This document shows positions 27,601 through 37,427 of a stretch of DNA of 64,000 nucleotides, piece after piece. Position numbers and translations under genes: made by a program. The first letter of the stretch is position 1; each line of letters opens with the position of its first letter. The notes beneath the pieces are model-generated. The model was not told the DNA's origin, ran no database searches, and saw nothing but the letters and a program-made list of their open reading frames with translations. Origin of the DNA: an uncultured delta proteobacterium (GTDB lineage Bacteria > Myxococcota > Kuafuiibacteriia > Kuafuiibacteriales > Kuafuiibacteriaceae); NCBI GenBank assembly GCA_963803435.1, contig CAWDML010000001.1, positions 2,720,001 to 2,784,000 of the forward strand, given 5' to 3'.

Positions 27601-28737
27601 TCAGAACAGGGTTAGCTGTTGCGGCGGCACAAGGCTATAGACCTTGCATCCAGCCTGGCGGAGCTCGGCGGAGAGCTCCTCGACGTAGCCGCCCGACAGG
27701 TAGATCTCGGACGCACCCGTCTCACGGATGAAAGAGACGAGCTCGTCGTGATCCACGGTGTCGGACAGGGGGAAGGCGGCGTCGACGCGATGGCGATAGA
27801 CCCAGGACTCGTCCATCGCCCGGCCGGTGACGATGGCGGTCCGATACTTCTTCAGCTTGCGGATGGAGGCGTGCTTGCGGAGGATCGGCGGGAAGATCAC
27901 GACCTCGTCCCGCGCCGGCGTCCCTTGAAACCGGCGGGCGTTGACGATGCTGACGCCGAGCTCGCGATAGATCTTGGCGAGGTCGTAGATCGATCGGTGC
28001 ACGCGCATCCGGTGGTCGGCCTTCCCAAGCACGTGCATGAGCTCTTGCGCCGTCCCCATCGGGTTCGCGATCAACACGGGTGTCGCCCGATCCTCCAGGC
28101 AGTCGCCGACGAAGCGCTTGATGGCGGCGAGCACCTCCTCGCGCGGCGGAAAGCGAAACATTGGAACGCCGTAGGTCGCGGGGATCGCGAGGACGTCGCA
28201 GGGAACCGGGGTGGCGCGCTCGGAGGTGGCGGTCTGCCGAACGTTGACGTCGCTGGTGTAGATGATCCGGCGGCCGTCGCGCACGACCAGGAGCTGCGCT
28301 GACCCGAGCACGTGACCGGCCGGGTGCATCTGCAGCTCGAGCGGCCCCAGCGTGAAGCTGCGCTTGTACGGCGACGTCAGCGCGTCGATCTTGCCGGTGC
28401 CGCGGGTGATGATCTTGTAGGTCTTGTCGGTGGTGAGGATCCGGCGATTCTTGCCGATTTCGTCGACGTGTGAGTGCGAGATGAAGGTGAGATCCCGCCG
28501 CCGGTCAGCGTCGCACCAGAGGATCGATCCGGTGAGATGGATCCCGCCGTTGTACTCGAGCTCGCGATAGGGCTCGTCGAAGAAGAGGCTCCCGTCCTGC
28601 TTCTTGGGGCGGGTCTCGCCGAAAGGCTCGGGATCGGCCGGCGGATCGGGATCGGGCGCCGGCTCCGGATCCGGGACAGACGTGCGCGGCGCGAAGAGGT
28701 CCGCAGTCTCGGGCGCGCTGCGCTTCTTGCGGACCAC
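27601..28737 (-). CDS. Metallo-beta-lactamase/beta-CASP exonuclease-like protein with degenerate metal motifs
   Basis: FISHSHVD, PAGHVLGSAQ, YTSD, ATYG..F.FP and FPLSD motifs. Confidence 0.8.
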   Translation of the reverse strand: MVRKKRSAPETADLFAPRTSVPDPEPAPDPDPPADPEPFGETRPKKQDGSLFFDEPYRELEYNGGIHLTGSILWCDADRRRDLTFISHSHVDEIGKNRRILTTDKTYKIITRGTGKIDALTSPYKRSFTLGPLELQMHPAGHVLGSAQLLVVRDGRRIIYTSDVNVRQTATSERATPVPCDVLAIPATYGVPMFRFPPREEVLAAIKRFVGDCLEDRATPVLIANPMGTAQELMHVLGKADHRMRVHRSIYDLAKIYRELGVSIVNARRFQGTPARDEVVIFPPILRKHASIRKLKKYRTAIVTGRAMDESWVYRHRVDAAFPLSDTVDHDELVSFIRETGASEIYLSGGYVEELSAELRQAGCKVYSLVPPQQLTLF

Positions 28738-28808
28738 GTCGGTAGGATGGCACCTCGACAGGGCGGAAGAATCAAGAAAACGCCGGTCCGCTCGGCTACG
28801 CTCCTCCC

Positions 28809-30962
28809 ATGCCCGCCTTCCTCAACGCGCTGATCGCCCCCAAAAGCCCCGAGCCCAGCTACCCGGTCTTGCCGGCGGCCGACGCGCGGGGCGAGAGCAG
28901 CGTGCGGGGCGTCTATCTGGTCGGAGAGGTCGCGGGCACGCCGCTGATCAAGCTCGGCCTCAACGCGGGGCACGATCTCGTGGATCAGCTCGCGCCCGAG
29001 GTCGAGGCCGAGCGCGGCCAGGAGAGCGACGCGTACGACCTCGTGATCGTCGGCGCTGGTGCCGCGGGGCTGGCGGCAGCAGCGCGGGCCCGGGCGCTCG
29101 GTCTGCGCGCGGTGGTGATCGACGCGAATCACGCCGTCGAGACCGTGTACACGATGACCAAGGGCAAGATCCTGTTCGCCGAGCCTGACTCGGTCCCGAA
29201 CAAGAGCGAGATGTGGTTCGAGGAGTGCAGCAAAGAGGCGCTGCTCGAGCGGTGGCGCGCGCAGATCCAGGAGCTGGGGCTCGACGTCCGCGAGTTCGAG
29301 AAGGTGACCGACGTGCGCCGGAAGGATCGCCTCCTGGAGGTCGTCAGCGAGAAGGCGACCTACGCGGCGCGGCGCGTGATCCTGGCGGTCGGCAAGGCCG
29401 GCAATCCGCGCAAGGCGGGCGTGAAGGGCGAGGTCGAGCACGCCTCGCGCATCGCGCATCGGCTCCTCGATCCGGACGACTTCGGGGGCAAGGACCTCGT
29501 CGTCTACGGCGGCGGCGACGTCGCCCTGGAGGCGGCGCTGGCCCTCGCCGACACGAACCGGGTCACGCTGATCACGATCGACGAGGCACTCACCTATCCG
29601 AAGAAGCGAAACGTCGACGCACTCCGCGCCAAGGAGACCGAGGGTAAGGTGACGGTTCACCTGGCGGCGAAGCTGATCGAGATCGGCGCCTCTGCCGTGA
29701 CGTTCTCGGCGGGCGGCACCACGCATACCATCGACAACGACTTCGTGTTCGAGATGATCGGCGCGGAGCTCCCGACGCCGTTCTTCCGCAAGATCGGGAT
29801 CCAGCTGGAGAACCAGTGGAACGCGAAGCGCTGGCTCGCGCTCGGCGTGGTGTTCCTGTTCGTCTACTCGCTGTACGCGCTGAAGAGCTACGGCAAGGGG
29901 GCCGTGGCCTGGCCGTTCCAGGAGCTGATCCCGGCCGACCGTTACGACGCAGTGCTCAGCTCGATCTTCCGGGTCGCCTTCCTCCCGTTCGGCTGGATGT
30001 TCGAGCCGCGGGCCTATGCGGACCTCCTGGGCGACCGCGGCTATCAGCAGGGCTACCTGTACAGCCTGCTCTACACGCTGGTGATGCTGGTGTTCGGCTT
30101 CGAGGCCCTGGTGCGCTGGCGGGGCATCGCCAAGAACAAGCGCTATCAGACCTGGCGCTACCTCTCGCTGATCTCCTTCCAGCTGATCTTCTTCCTGGTG
30201 GTCAACGTGATCGCCGTGCAGGCGCTCTCGGTCCAGTACGCGTGGCGCGCCTGGGGGCTCTACCAGCCGTTCCCGCTCTTCTTCAACACGTTCTTCTGGT
30301 GGTACGACGGCGACCCGCGCTGGATCGTGTGGCTCTTCGTCGGCGCCGGGATCGCGGGATCTCTGATCGCGATCCCGGTCGCGTCCTACAAGCACGGCAA
30401 GCGCTTCTGCACCTGGATCTGCGGCTGCGGCGGGCTCGCCGAGACGCTCGGTGATCGCTGGCGGCACCTGGCCCCGAAGGGCCCGCGCTCTCGCGCCTGG
30501 GAGTTCCAGGGCGTGCTGATCTTCCTGGCCAGCGTGATCGTGGGCGTCGTGGTGGTCGGCATGTACCGGACCGACGGCAACAACGCGTGGTGGCGCGCCT
30601 ACAGCTACCTCGTCGACTTCTGGCTGGTGGCGGTGGTCCCGATCGCGCTCTATCCGTTCTTCGGCGGCAAGGTGTGGTGCCGCTACTGGTGCCCGCTGGC
30701 CGCCTACAACGGCCTGCTCGCGAAGTGGTACGGCAAGCTCGAGATCGTCTCCAACGACAAGTGCATCTCGTGTACGCAGTGCTCCAAGTACTGCCAGGTC
30801 GGCGTCGACGTGATGGCGTTCGCCAAGAACCAGCAGGCCTTCGACAACCGCAACTCGGCCTGCATTCAATGTGGGATCTGCATCGACGTTTGCCCCATGG
30901 ACGTGCTCTCGTTCTCCACGGAGCCCCGGTCCCATCCCGCCTTACCGATCGTGGGCGTTTGA
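28809..30962 (+). CDS. TrxB-like FAD/NAD(P)H oxidoreductase fused to a membrane polyferredoxin (NapH/RdxA-like)
   Basis: VGAGAAG and YGGGDVA motifs; about 6 TM helices; CTWICGC and CRYWCP; two CxxCxxCxxxC clusters. Confidence 0.85.
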   Translation: MPAFLNALIAPKSPEPSYPVLPAADARGESSVRGVYLVGEVAGTPLIKLGLNAGHDLVDQLAPEVEAERGQESDAYDLVIVGAGAAGLAAAARARALGLRAVVIDANHAVETVYTMTKGKILFAEPDSVPNKSEMWFEECSKEALLERWRAQIQELGLDVREFEKVTDVRRKDRLLEVVSEKATYAARRVILAVGKAGNPRKAGVKGEVEHASRIAHRLLDPDDFGGKDLVVYGGGDVALEAALALADTNRVTLITIDEALTYPKKRNVDALRAKETEGKVTVHLAAKLIEIGASAVTFSAGGTTHTIDNDFVFEMIGAELPTPFFRKIGIQLENQWNAKRWLALGVVFLFVYSLYALKSYGKGAVAWPFQELIPADRYDAVLSSIFRVAFLPFGWMFEPRAYADLLGDRGYQQGYLYSLLYTLVMLVFGFEALVRWRGIAKNKRYQTWRYLSLISFQLIFFLVVNVIAVQALSVQYAWRAWGLYQPFPLFFNTFFWWYDGDPRWIVWLFVGAGIAGSLIAIPVASYKHGKRFCTWICGCGGLAETLGDRWRHLAPKGPRSRAWEFQGVLIFLASVIVGVVVVGMYRTDGNNAWWRAYSYLVDFWLVAVVPIALYPFFGGKVWCRYWCPLAAYNGLLAKWYGKLEIVSNDKCISCTQCSKYCQVGVDVMAFAKNQQAFDNRNSACIQCGICIDVCPMDVLSFSTEPRSHPALPIVGV

Positions 30963-30999
30963 CTCTCTCGGTTCGAGCAGGTACGCGGCGAGGTCCAGC

Positions 31000-31221
31000 A
31001 TGACGACTGAAGAGGTCAAGAAGCTCATCGAGGCGGGCATCCCGGGCGCGCAGGCGACCGTCACCGACCTCACCGGCACCGGTGATCACTTCAAGGCCGA
31101 GGTCACCGCGCCCGGGTTCGCGGGACGCTCGCTGATCGAGCAGCACCAGATGGTCTACCGGGCGCTCGGAACGCTGGTGGGCGGACCGATCCACGCGCTC
31201 CAGCTCAGCACCTCGGCCTGA
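31000..31221 (+). CDS. bolA: BolA family protein
   Basis: GDHF...F.G.SLIEQHQMVY...IHALQL. Confidence 0.92.
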   Translation: MTTEEVKKLIEAGIPGAQATVTDLTGTGDHFKAEVTAPGFAGRSLIEQHQMVYRALGTLVGGPIHALQLSTSA

Positions 31222-31228
31222 GGCGGCC

Positions 31229-34200
31229 TCACTCCGAGGCGACGAGCCGCCCGTCGACGAGGTGCCACGGGGAGCGCTCCGCCACATAGCGCGCGATGGC
31301 CGTGGCGCTCCGCTCGTCGGTCGAGAGATCCCAGACCACCGCGTAGCCGTGATAGCCGGTGGTGAGCAGCGACCTGCCGTCGTCGGAGAACTCGCACGTG
31401 TAGCTGGGCCCGTTGATGATCCGGAGCAGATCACCGGTGGCCGCGTCCCAGATCTTGGCCGTGTGATCGAGCGCGCAGGTCGCCACCAGCCGCCCGTCCG
31501 GGCTGAAGGAGGCGCGCGCCATGTTGTCGAGGTGCGCCACGATCGTCAGCAGGTTCTCGCCGCTGTGGGCATCCCAGATCTTGGCCGTGTGATCCTGCCG
31601 TCCCGCGGTGATGATCCGCGCGCCGTCCTTGGAGAACTCGACGTCCTGGATCCAGGTGCTGTGCGCTGCGATCGTCTTCGTGATCGAACCGCTCGCCCGA
31701 TCGATCAGGTACAGCTTGCCGTTCTCGTCGGCGGCCGCGATCACCTTCGCGTCCTGTGAGATGCCGACCGAGGCCAGGCGGAGCTGTGGGACCACGTCGA
31801 CCGCGCGTGAGAGCGTGACGCCGTCGTAGATCCGAACCTTGCCGTCGTAGCTCGAGGTGGCGATGACGCCGTCCGCCGCCGCCAGGTTGTAGACCATGCG
31901 GGTGTGCTCCGCGAGCGGGCCGATCTCCTCCCCGCGGACCAGGTCGAACAGGCGCGGCGGCAGCGACTCCGGCATGCTCCCCGCCACCACCACCCGGCCT
32001 CCGCCGGCGTCCGCGATCGAGTACGCGTTCCCCGGCACCTGCAGAGTCTGGAGCACCCGCGACGCGCCGGCCTCCCACAGCGTCAGGTGGCCGTCCTCCT
32101 CGGTCGTCACCAGCTGATCCCGGCCGCGCAGGTAGATCGAGGGGTAGACGTGCTTGCGGCGCCCGACGTCCAGCGGAAGCACCCGGTAGCCCGGATCGTC
32201 GAGCGACCACACGTTCGCGCTCCCCGCCAGCCCAACCGTGGTGAGCTCGCGGCCGTCGGGTCGCATCGCCGACTGGAACAGCTTGCCGTGGACCTGCGCG
32301 TCGAAGGCCGACAGCAGCATCCCGCTGGTGGTGTGATAGATGCGGACGCCGCCGTCGAACGCCCGCGTGATGATGGTGAGCCCGTCGGGAGAGAACGAGA
32401 CCTGCGGCCAGCGCGCCTTCTCCGGCAACCGGAGGCTGTAGATCCGGACGCCGTCGGCGGCGCGGCGCAGGTGCACGTAGACGTCGCTCTCCGCCGTGAT
32501 CAGCCACTTGCCGTCGTCGCTGAAGGCGATCGCGGAGAGCTCGTTCTCGTGATCGGTCATCCGGAACAGCAGCTGGCGCGTGTGCGCGTCCCAGACCGAA
32601 CCGGTGGCATCGGCCGCCGCCACTCCGAGGCGCGAGCCGTCCCGTGAGAACGCGATCTCATAGATGCGGTCGGTGTGGAGCTTCGATTCGGCGAGCAGCT
32701 CTCCGGTGGAGGCGTCGCGGAAGCGGAGCGCGCCGTCGTGGCCGCCGATCACCCAGTACGCGCCGTCCGGGCTCCACGCGACTCGATACGCGTCGCGGTC
32801 CGGCACCGTCATCAAGAGCGCACCGGTCTGGGCCGACCAGACCCGGACCGTCTCGTCTCCGGCGCCGGTCAGCACTCTCTCGCCGTCCGGGCTGAACACG
32901 GCGAACTGCACCAGCTTCTCGTGGCCTTCGAGCGTCGCGATCGGCGCCAGCGTCGCGACGTCCCAGACCCGGGCGGTCTTGTCGGTGCTGGCGGTGACCA
33001 GCCGGCGGCCGTCCGGAGAGTAGGCGGCCGACACCACGTCGTGCGTGTGGCCGACGAGCGCGCCCCGGTGCATGGACAGCGGACGCACCGCCTGCGAGGC
33101 CCACGCGCGCAGTCGCCGGTTCCCCGGGTCGCGCCGGTACGCCTCCGAGAGATAGACGGCCGCCTGGTGGGGCCGGCCGTCGAGGAGCTCGCTGCGGCCC
33201 CGCTCCTCGAGCAGTGCGATCGACTGCCGGTCGGCCTCCTGGCGCAGGCGCCGCTCTCGCAGCACGAACCCGCCGGTGCCGATCGCGGCCAGGACCAGGA
33301 ACGCGAGCGTGGCGATCACCAGCGCCCGATGCTTCGCCACCCAGCGGCGGAAGAGCTGGCCCCACGAGTAGTCGTGCGCACCGACGAGCTGTCCGTTGCG
33401 GAAGCGGATCAGGTCCTGCGACATCTCCTTGGCGGTCGGGTAGCGCCGGGCGGGATCGCGCGCCATCGCCTTGTTCACGATGGCGAGCAGATCGGCGGGC
33501 ACGGCCGGCTCGCGCTGCTCGAGGGGGGGCGGAGGCTCCTCGCGGACCTTCCGGAGCACCTCGATCGAGGCGCCCTCGTAGGGGTGCGAGCCGGCCAAGA
33601 GGAAGTAGAGGATCGCGCCCAGCGCGTACACGTCGGCGCGCTCGTCGACGTCCTCGCCCCGCGCCTGCTCGGGCGCCATGTACACCGGCGTCCCCAGCAC
33701 CGCGCCGGTCTGCGTGAGCTGATCGGTCGCCGGATCGATCGGCGTGCGCTCGGTGGGCACGTCCTCCTCGCCGACGGCCTTCGCCAGGCCCCAGTCGATC
33801 ACGATGGTCTCGCCGAAATCGCCGACGATCAGGTTCGAGGGCTTGAGATCGCGGTGGATCACGCCGCGGTCGTGCGCGTACGCGATCGCCTCGGTCACGT
33901 CGATCAGGTTGGGGAGCAGGGACAGGCGTCCGTCGAGGCGCTTCTTCTCGTCCACGATCTCCTTGAGCGTGCGTCCGGAGACCATCTTCATGGCGTAGAA
34001 CGGCTCGCCGCTCTCCCAGCGGCCGGCCTCATGCACCGGCACGATCCCCGGATGCTCGAGGCGAGCGGTGATGAGAGCCTCGCGAAGGAAGCGCGACTCC
34101 GCCTCCGGGTGTGGCGTGAGCAGCTCCTTCACCGCCAGGATCCGACCCAGCTCTTCGTCGCGAACCTTGAGGATGCGGCCGATGCCGCCGCGCGCGTGCT

Positions 34201-34327
34201 CGCTGAGGATCGTGTAGCGCTGGCGGGTCCGCGACGGCAGCGAGATTTGCGAGGCGCGGCCGCTCGACTCGGAGCGATGGAGCGTCCGGGTGCCCTCCGG
34301 CGTCGGACCCAGCTCGTCCGCGGTCAT
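31229..34327 (-). CDS. Ser/Thr kinase with a TM segment and WD40 repeats
   Basis: [11 protein letters not shown] and GTPVYMAPE; repeated GH...FSPDG...TAS.D.TARVWD. Confidence 0.93.
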   Translation of the reverse strand: MTADELGPTPEGTRTLHRSESSGRASQISLPSRTRQRYTILSEHARGGIGRILKVRDEELGRILAVKELLTPHPEAESRFLREALITARLEHPGIVPVHEAGRWESGEPFYAMKMVSGRTLKEIVDEKKRLDGRLSLLPNLIDVTEAIAYAHDRGVIHRDLKPSNLIVGDFGETIVIDWGLAKAVGEEDVPTERTPIDPATDQLTQTGAVLGTPVYMAPEQARGEDVDERADVYALGAILYFLLAGSHPYEGASIEVLRKVREEPPPPLEQREPAVPADLLAIVNKAMARDPARRYPTAKEMSQDLIRFRNGQLVGAHDYSWGQLFRRWVAKHRALVIATLAFLVLAAIGTGGFVLRERRLRQEADRQSIALLEERGRSELLDGRPHQAAVYLSEAYRRDPGNRRLRAWASQAVRPLSMHRGALVGHTHDVVSAAYSPDGRRLVTASTDKTARVWDVATLAPIATLEGHEKLVQFAVFSPDGERVLTGAGDETVRVWSAQTGALLMTVPDRDAYRVAWSPDGAYWVIGGHDGALRFRDASTGELLAESKLHTDRIYEIAFSRDGSRLGVAAADATGSVWDAHTRQLLFRMTDHENELSAIAFSDDGKWLITAESDVYVHLRRAADGVRIYSLRLPEKARWPQVSFSPDGLTIITRAFDGGVRIYHTTSGMLLSAFDAQVHGKLFQSAMRPDGRELTTVGLAGSANVWSLDDPGYRVLPLDVGRRKHVYPSIYLRGRDQLVTTEEDGHLTLWEAGASRVLQTLQVPGNAYSIADAGGGRVVVAGSMPESLPPRLFDLVRGEEIGPLAEHTRMVYNLAAADGVIATSSYDGKVRIYDGVTLSRAVDVVPQLRLASVGISQDAKVIAAADENGKLYLIDRASGSITKTIAAHSTWIQDVEFSKDGARIITAGRQDHTAKIWDAHSGENLLTIVAHLDNMARASFSPDGRLVATCALDHTAKIWDAATGDLLRIINGPSYTCEFSDDGRSLLTTGYHGYAVVWDLSTDERSATAIARYVAERSPWHLVDGRLVASE

Positions 34328-34503
34328 CGGCCACAATACCCTCGGACAGGCCAGCGTGCGCAATCGATTTTGCGCAGCCCGAAGGCGGCTGCGCCTCGTG
34401 CGCCGGCCCACCGAGCGCGACAGCCTGTCTCGAAGCGCGTGCGGGGAGCACCCCAGCCGCGCGGCATGTGCCGTGCACGACTCCCGCCCGGAGGTACTCA
34501 ACT

Positions 34504-35646
34504 ATGCGTTGGGCATTCGCCACGGTCTTCCTCGCGGGCATCTCTGTGTCTGCCTGCGACAATGATGAAAACGAACAACAACCGCCGCCGCAGGAGGAGT
34601 TGCAATTCGAGAGGAGCGATCTGGTCTCGGACCTCCCGGGTCGCGCTGCGGTCACCGACACCAACCTGATCAATCCCTGGGGGCTCGCCTTCGGGCCGGA
34701 CACCTTCCTCTGGGTCGCGAACGCGGGCTCGGGCACGCTCACCGTCTACGACGCCGCCGGCACTCCCCAGCCCCAAGGCAACCCGCTCGTGGTCACGGCA
34801 CCGTCGGAGGTGGCACCGGGCGAGGAGGCGCCCGAGCTCACCGGGATGGTCTTCAACCCGACGGACGGCTTCGTGATCACGGCAACCACCACCGGCATCC
34901 CGCTGCAGCAGGTGAGTGCTCCGGCCCGGTTCATGGCGGCGAGGACGGACGGCTCGATCGTGGGCTGGAGCCCGGCGGTGCTCGGCACCCTGACGGTGAC
35001 CGCGGTCCCCGCGGAGGAAGGAGACGCGTACACCGGCCTGGCGTTCGCGAACGACGGAGAGCGCGGCGATCTGCTGTATGCGTCGAACTTCCCGAGGCGG
35101 GAGATCGAGGTGTTCGACACCCACTTCGAGAACGTCGACCTCGGCGCAGGCGCGTTCGAGGACGGCGGCAGCCCGGCGATTCCGGACGACTACGGTCCCT
35201 TCTCGGTGCATGCGATCGGCGGCCGCATCTACGTGGCCTACGCCCAGATCGATCCCGCGACGACCGATGAGGTCGCGGGGCTCGGGAAGGGCTACGTCAG
35301 CATCTTCGAGACCAACGGGACGTTCGAGCGCCGCCTGGTCTCCCAGGGCGACCTCGACGCGCCCTGGGGCATCGCGAAGGCGCCCGCGAGCTTCGGCCGT
35401 CTCGGCGGCACGATCCTGGTCGGCAACTTCGGCGACGGCCGGATCCACGCGTACAACAGCGACACGGGCGCGCTCGTCGACGCAGTGCTCGACGCGAACA
35501 AGTCCCCCATCGCGATCGAGGGGCTGTGGTCGATCGAGTTCGGCAACGGCGTCATGGCCGGCGCCACCAACGAGCTGTTCTTCACGGCGGGCGTCGAGGA
35601 CGAGACGCACGGCCTCTTCGGCGACATCCGGCCGATCATGCGTTGA
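34504..35646 (+). CDS. TIGR03118-family beta-propeller lipoprotein
   Basis: Lipobox VSAC; D.NLINPWGLAF, YTGLA, LDAPWGIA, LVGNFGDGRI, GLW.I.FGNG and HGLFG motifs. Confidence 0.85.
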   Translation: MRWAFATVFLAGISVSACDNDENEQQPPPQEELQFERSDLVSDLPGRAAVTDTNLINPWGLAFGPDTFLWVANAGSGTLTVYDAAGTPQPQGNPLVVTAPSEVAPGEEAPELTGMVFNPTDGFVITATTTGIPLQQVSAPARFMAARTDGSIVGWSPAVLGTLTVTAVPAEEGDAYTGLAFANDGERGDLLYASNFPRREIEVFDTHFENVDLGAGAFEDGGSPAIPDDYGPFSVHAIGGRIYVAYAQIDPATTDEVAGLGKGYVSIFETNGTFERRLVSQGDLDAPWGIAKAPASFGRLGGTILVGNFGDGRIHAYNSDTGALVDAVLDANKSPIAIEGLWSIEFGNGVMAGATNELFFTAGVEDETHGLFGDIRPIMR

Positions 35647-37143
35647 TCACCGTCCCACCACTCCGAGCGGGGTGCCGGCGACCGCGAACGCCACCGCGAG
35701 TCGATGGTCGGTCGCCACCTGGAGATCGCGCAGCACCTGAGGGGAGAGATCGAGGAGCCGTCCGGTCGAGGTGTTGGGACCCCAGTCGACGGGTCGCACC
35801 ACGACCGCGCGACCGCTCGCCCGATCGAGGACGAGCAGGCGAGCGTTGGCCCAGAACGCCCGGCCCACGTTCGTGTAGTCGAAGCGCATCGCGACGTAGT
35901 AGTAGTCCTCCGGCCGCGACGCGAGGGTGGCCGCGCTCGGGTTGAGGGGCGCGTTCAGCCTGCGCAGGACCTCTCCGCTGATCGCGCCGGTCTCGGTGGC
36001 CGAAACGCCGGTGTCGTTGGGCCCGCCGAACTCGCTGGTCCGACCCTCGACGAAGGCGTGGCCGTCCACCGTGACCACGTCGCCGTACGGCTCGATGGAG
36101 ATGCCGAGCGCGCTGCGCAACGTGCTGTTCGCGAGGCCGGCGCGCGGGATCGAGCCGCCGCCCTGCTCGAGGCCGTCGTGTACGGCGGCCCAGGAGATCG
36201 GGGCCGTCGGCGCGCAGGCCGGCGCCAGCGAGAGCCGGTAGGCCGCGTCGCGTGGGATGGCGTCCTGGTAGCCGCTCGCGATCACGGCCCAGGTGGTGAC
36301 GTGGACGTAGACCTCGGTCACAGCCGAGGCCTCGATCGTGAGGTGCGCCCGCGACGCGCCTTCGCCGGACTCGGAGGTGGTCACCAGGATCCCGGCCGCG
36401 CTCCCGCCGGTACGGCCGTCGGAGATCAGACGTCGATCGCCTCCTCCCGCGGTCACCACGATCGCCGGCTCGTACGCGCCGGCGCTCCGGACGAGCTCGA
36501 CCTCCACCGGCGCACCGGGCGCGATGGTCGTGAGGTAGCGGTGCACGTTGTAGCGCCCACTCGCGTAGTCCTCGGGGCGGTCGACCGCACGACACCCGGT
36601 CGTGTCGGCCGAGAAGGCGTAGACGCGCGCGGTGTCGAAGAGGCCATCACCGGCGTCGAGCTGGCACGCGTGCTCCACCGTCAGCCGGTACTCGGCGCTA
36701 ACAGAGAGCGACGTCGTGAATCCGCCATCCACGACGGGCCAGCTCGAGACGTAGATGTCCACCGGCGCGGCGGCGTCGGCGAAGATCCGCAGCGCCTCGA
36801 CGTCTCCGCCGCGGCCGCTCTCGTCGACCTCCCACGTGACCCGATCGCTCGCCATGACGAGCGCCGGCTCGAACGTGCCCCCGGTGCGCTCCAGGCGGAC
36901 CGCCGTGGTCCCCGCAGCGACCGTGACCGCGTAGCGATGCACGTTGAAGCGGCCGCTGGAGAAGTCCTCGTCGACGGACGCGTGGCCGCACCGCGCCAGG
37001 CTCAGGCTCTGCCTCCACAACCGCGCGTTCGGCCCCAGCAGATCCGCCTCGGCGGACGTCAGCGGGGCATCGTCGACACCCTCGGAGGGGGGCGCGCAAG
37101 CGCCTGAGGCGATGATCGGGATGAGGAGCCAGCGGTGGAGCAC
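35647..37143 (-). CDS. Lipoprotein with two repeated beta-sandwich domains and a C-terminal RlpA/DPBB-like domain
   Basis: Lipobox SGAC; duplicated ED(F/Y)xSGR(F/Y)NVHRY module; VVVRPVDWGP...GRLLDLS motif. Start codon uncertain. Confidence 0.6.
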   Translation of the reverse strand: MLHRWLLIPIIASGACAPPSEGVDDAPLTSAEADLLGPNARLWRQSLSLARCGHASVDEDFSSGRFNVHRYAVTVAAGTTAVRLERTGGTFEPALVMASDRVTWEVDESGRGGDVEALRIFADAAAPVDIYVSSWPVVDGGFTTSLSVSAEYRLTVEHACQLDAGDGLFDTARVYAFSADTTGCRAVDRPEDYASGRYNVHRYLTTIAPGAPVEVELVRSAGAYEPAIVVTAGGGDRRLISDGRTGGSAAGILVTTSESGEGASRAHLTIEASAVTEVYVHVTTWAVIASGYQDAIPRDAAYRLSLAPACAPTAPISWAAVHDGLEQGGGSIPRAGLANSTLRSALGISIEPYGDVVTVDGHAFVEGRTSEFGGPNDTGVSATETGAISGEVLRRLNAPLNPSAATLASRPEDYYYVAMRFDYTNVGRAFWANARLLVLDRASGRAVVVRPVDWGPNTSTGRLLDLSPQVLRDLQVATDHRLAVAFAVAGTPLGVVGR

Positions 37144-37367
37144 GCGCGAAGCATCGTCGACGCGCCAGCACCACGACATGCGACACAAGCGCGATCGGTT
37201 TCGCGCGCGCCGAGACCGCCGGACGGCAGGCACGGGCCCCGCCGGTGTTGCGAACGAAGCGCGCAGCGAGCGAACGCGAGCGCCGTCGGGTGCGGCGGCT
37301 TTGCCGAGCGGGCTCCGCGGTTCTCGGTGGACCTCGGGTCGGGCGCCCGCTGGACGGGGCCGGCGTG

Positions 37368-37390
37368 GCGGATCGGCGCGCCGCCTTTTT
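37368..37390 (+). terminator. Possible intrinsic terminator
   Basis: GGCGG...CCGCC stem followed by TTTTTT. Confidence 0.35.
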
Positions 37391-37427
37391 CCATCGGCGG
37401 GACCCGCCGAGCGCTACAATCGAACAC

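Noticed and set aside
34370-34500. Riboswitch upstream of the TIGR03118 gene
   Set aside because: There is a hairpin (GCGCAGCC...GGCTGCGC) but no recognisable aptamer consensus, and such stems are common at this GC content.
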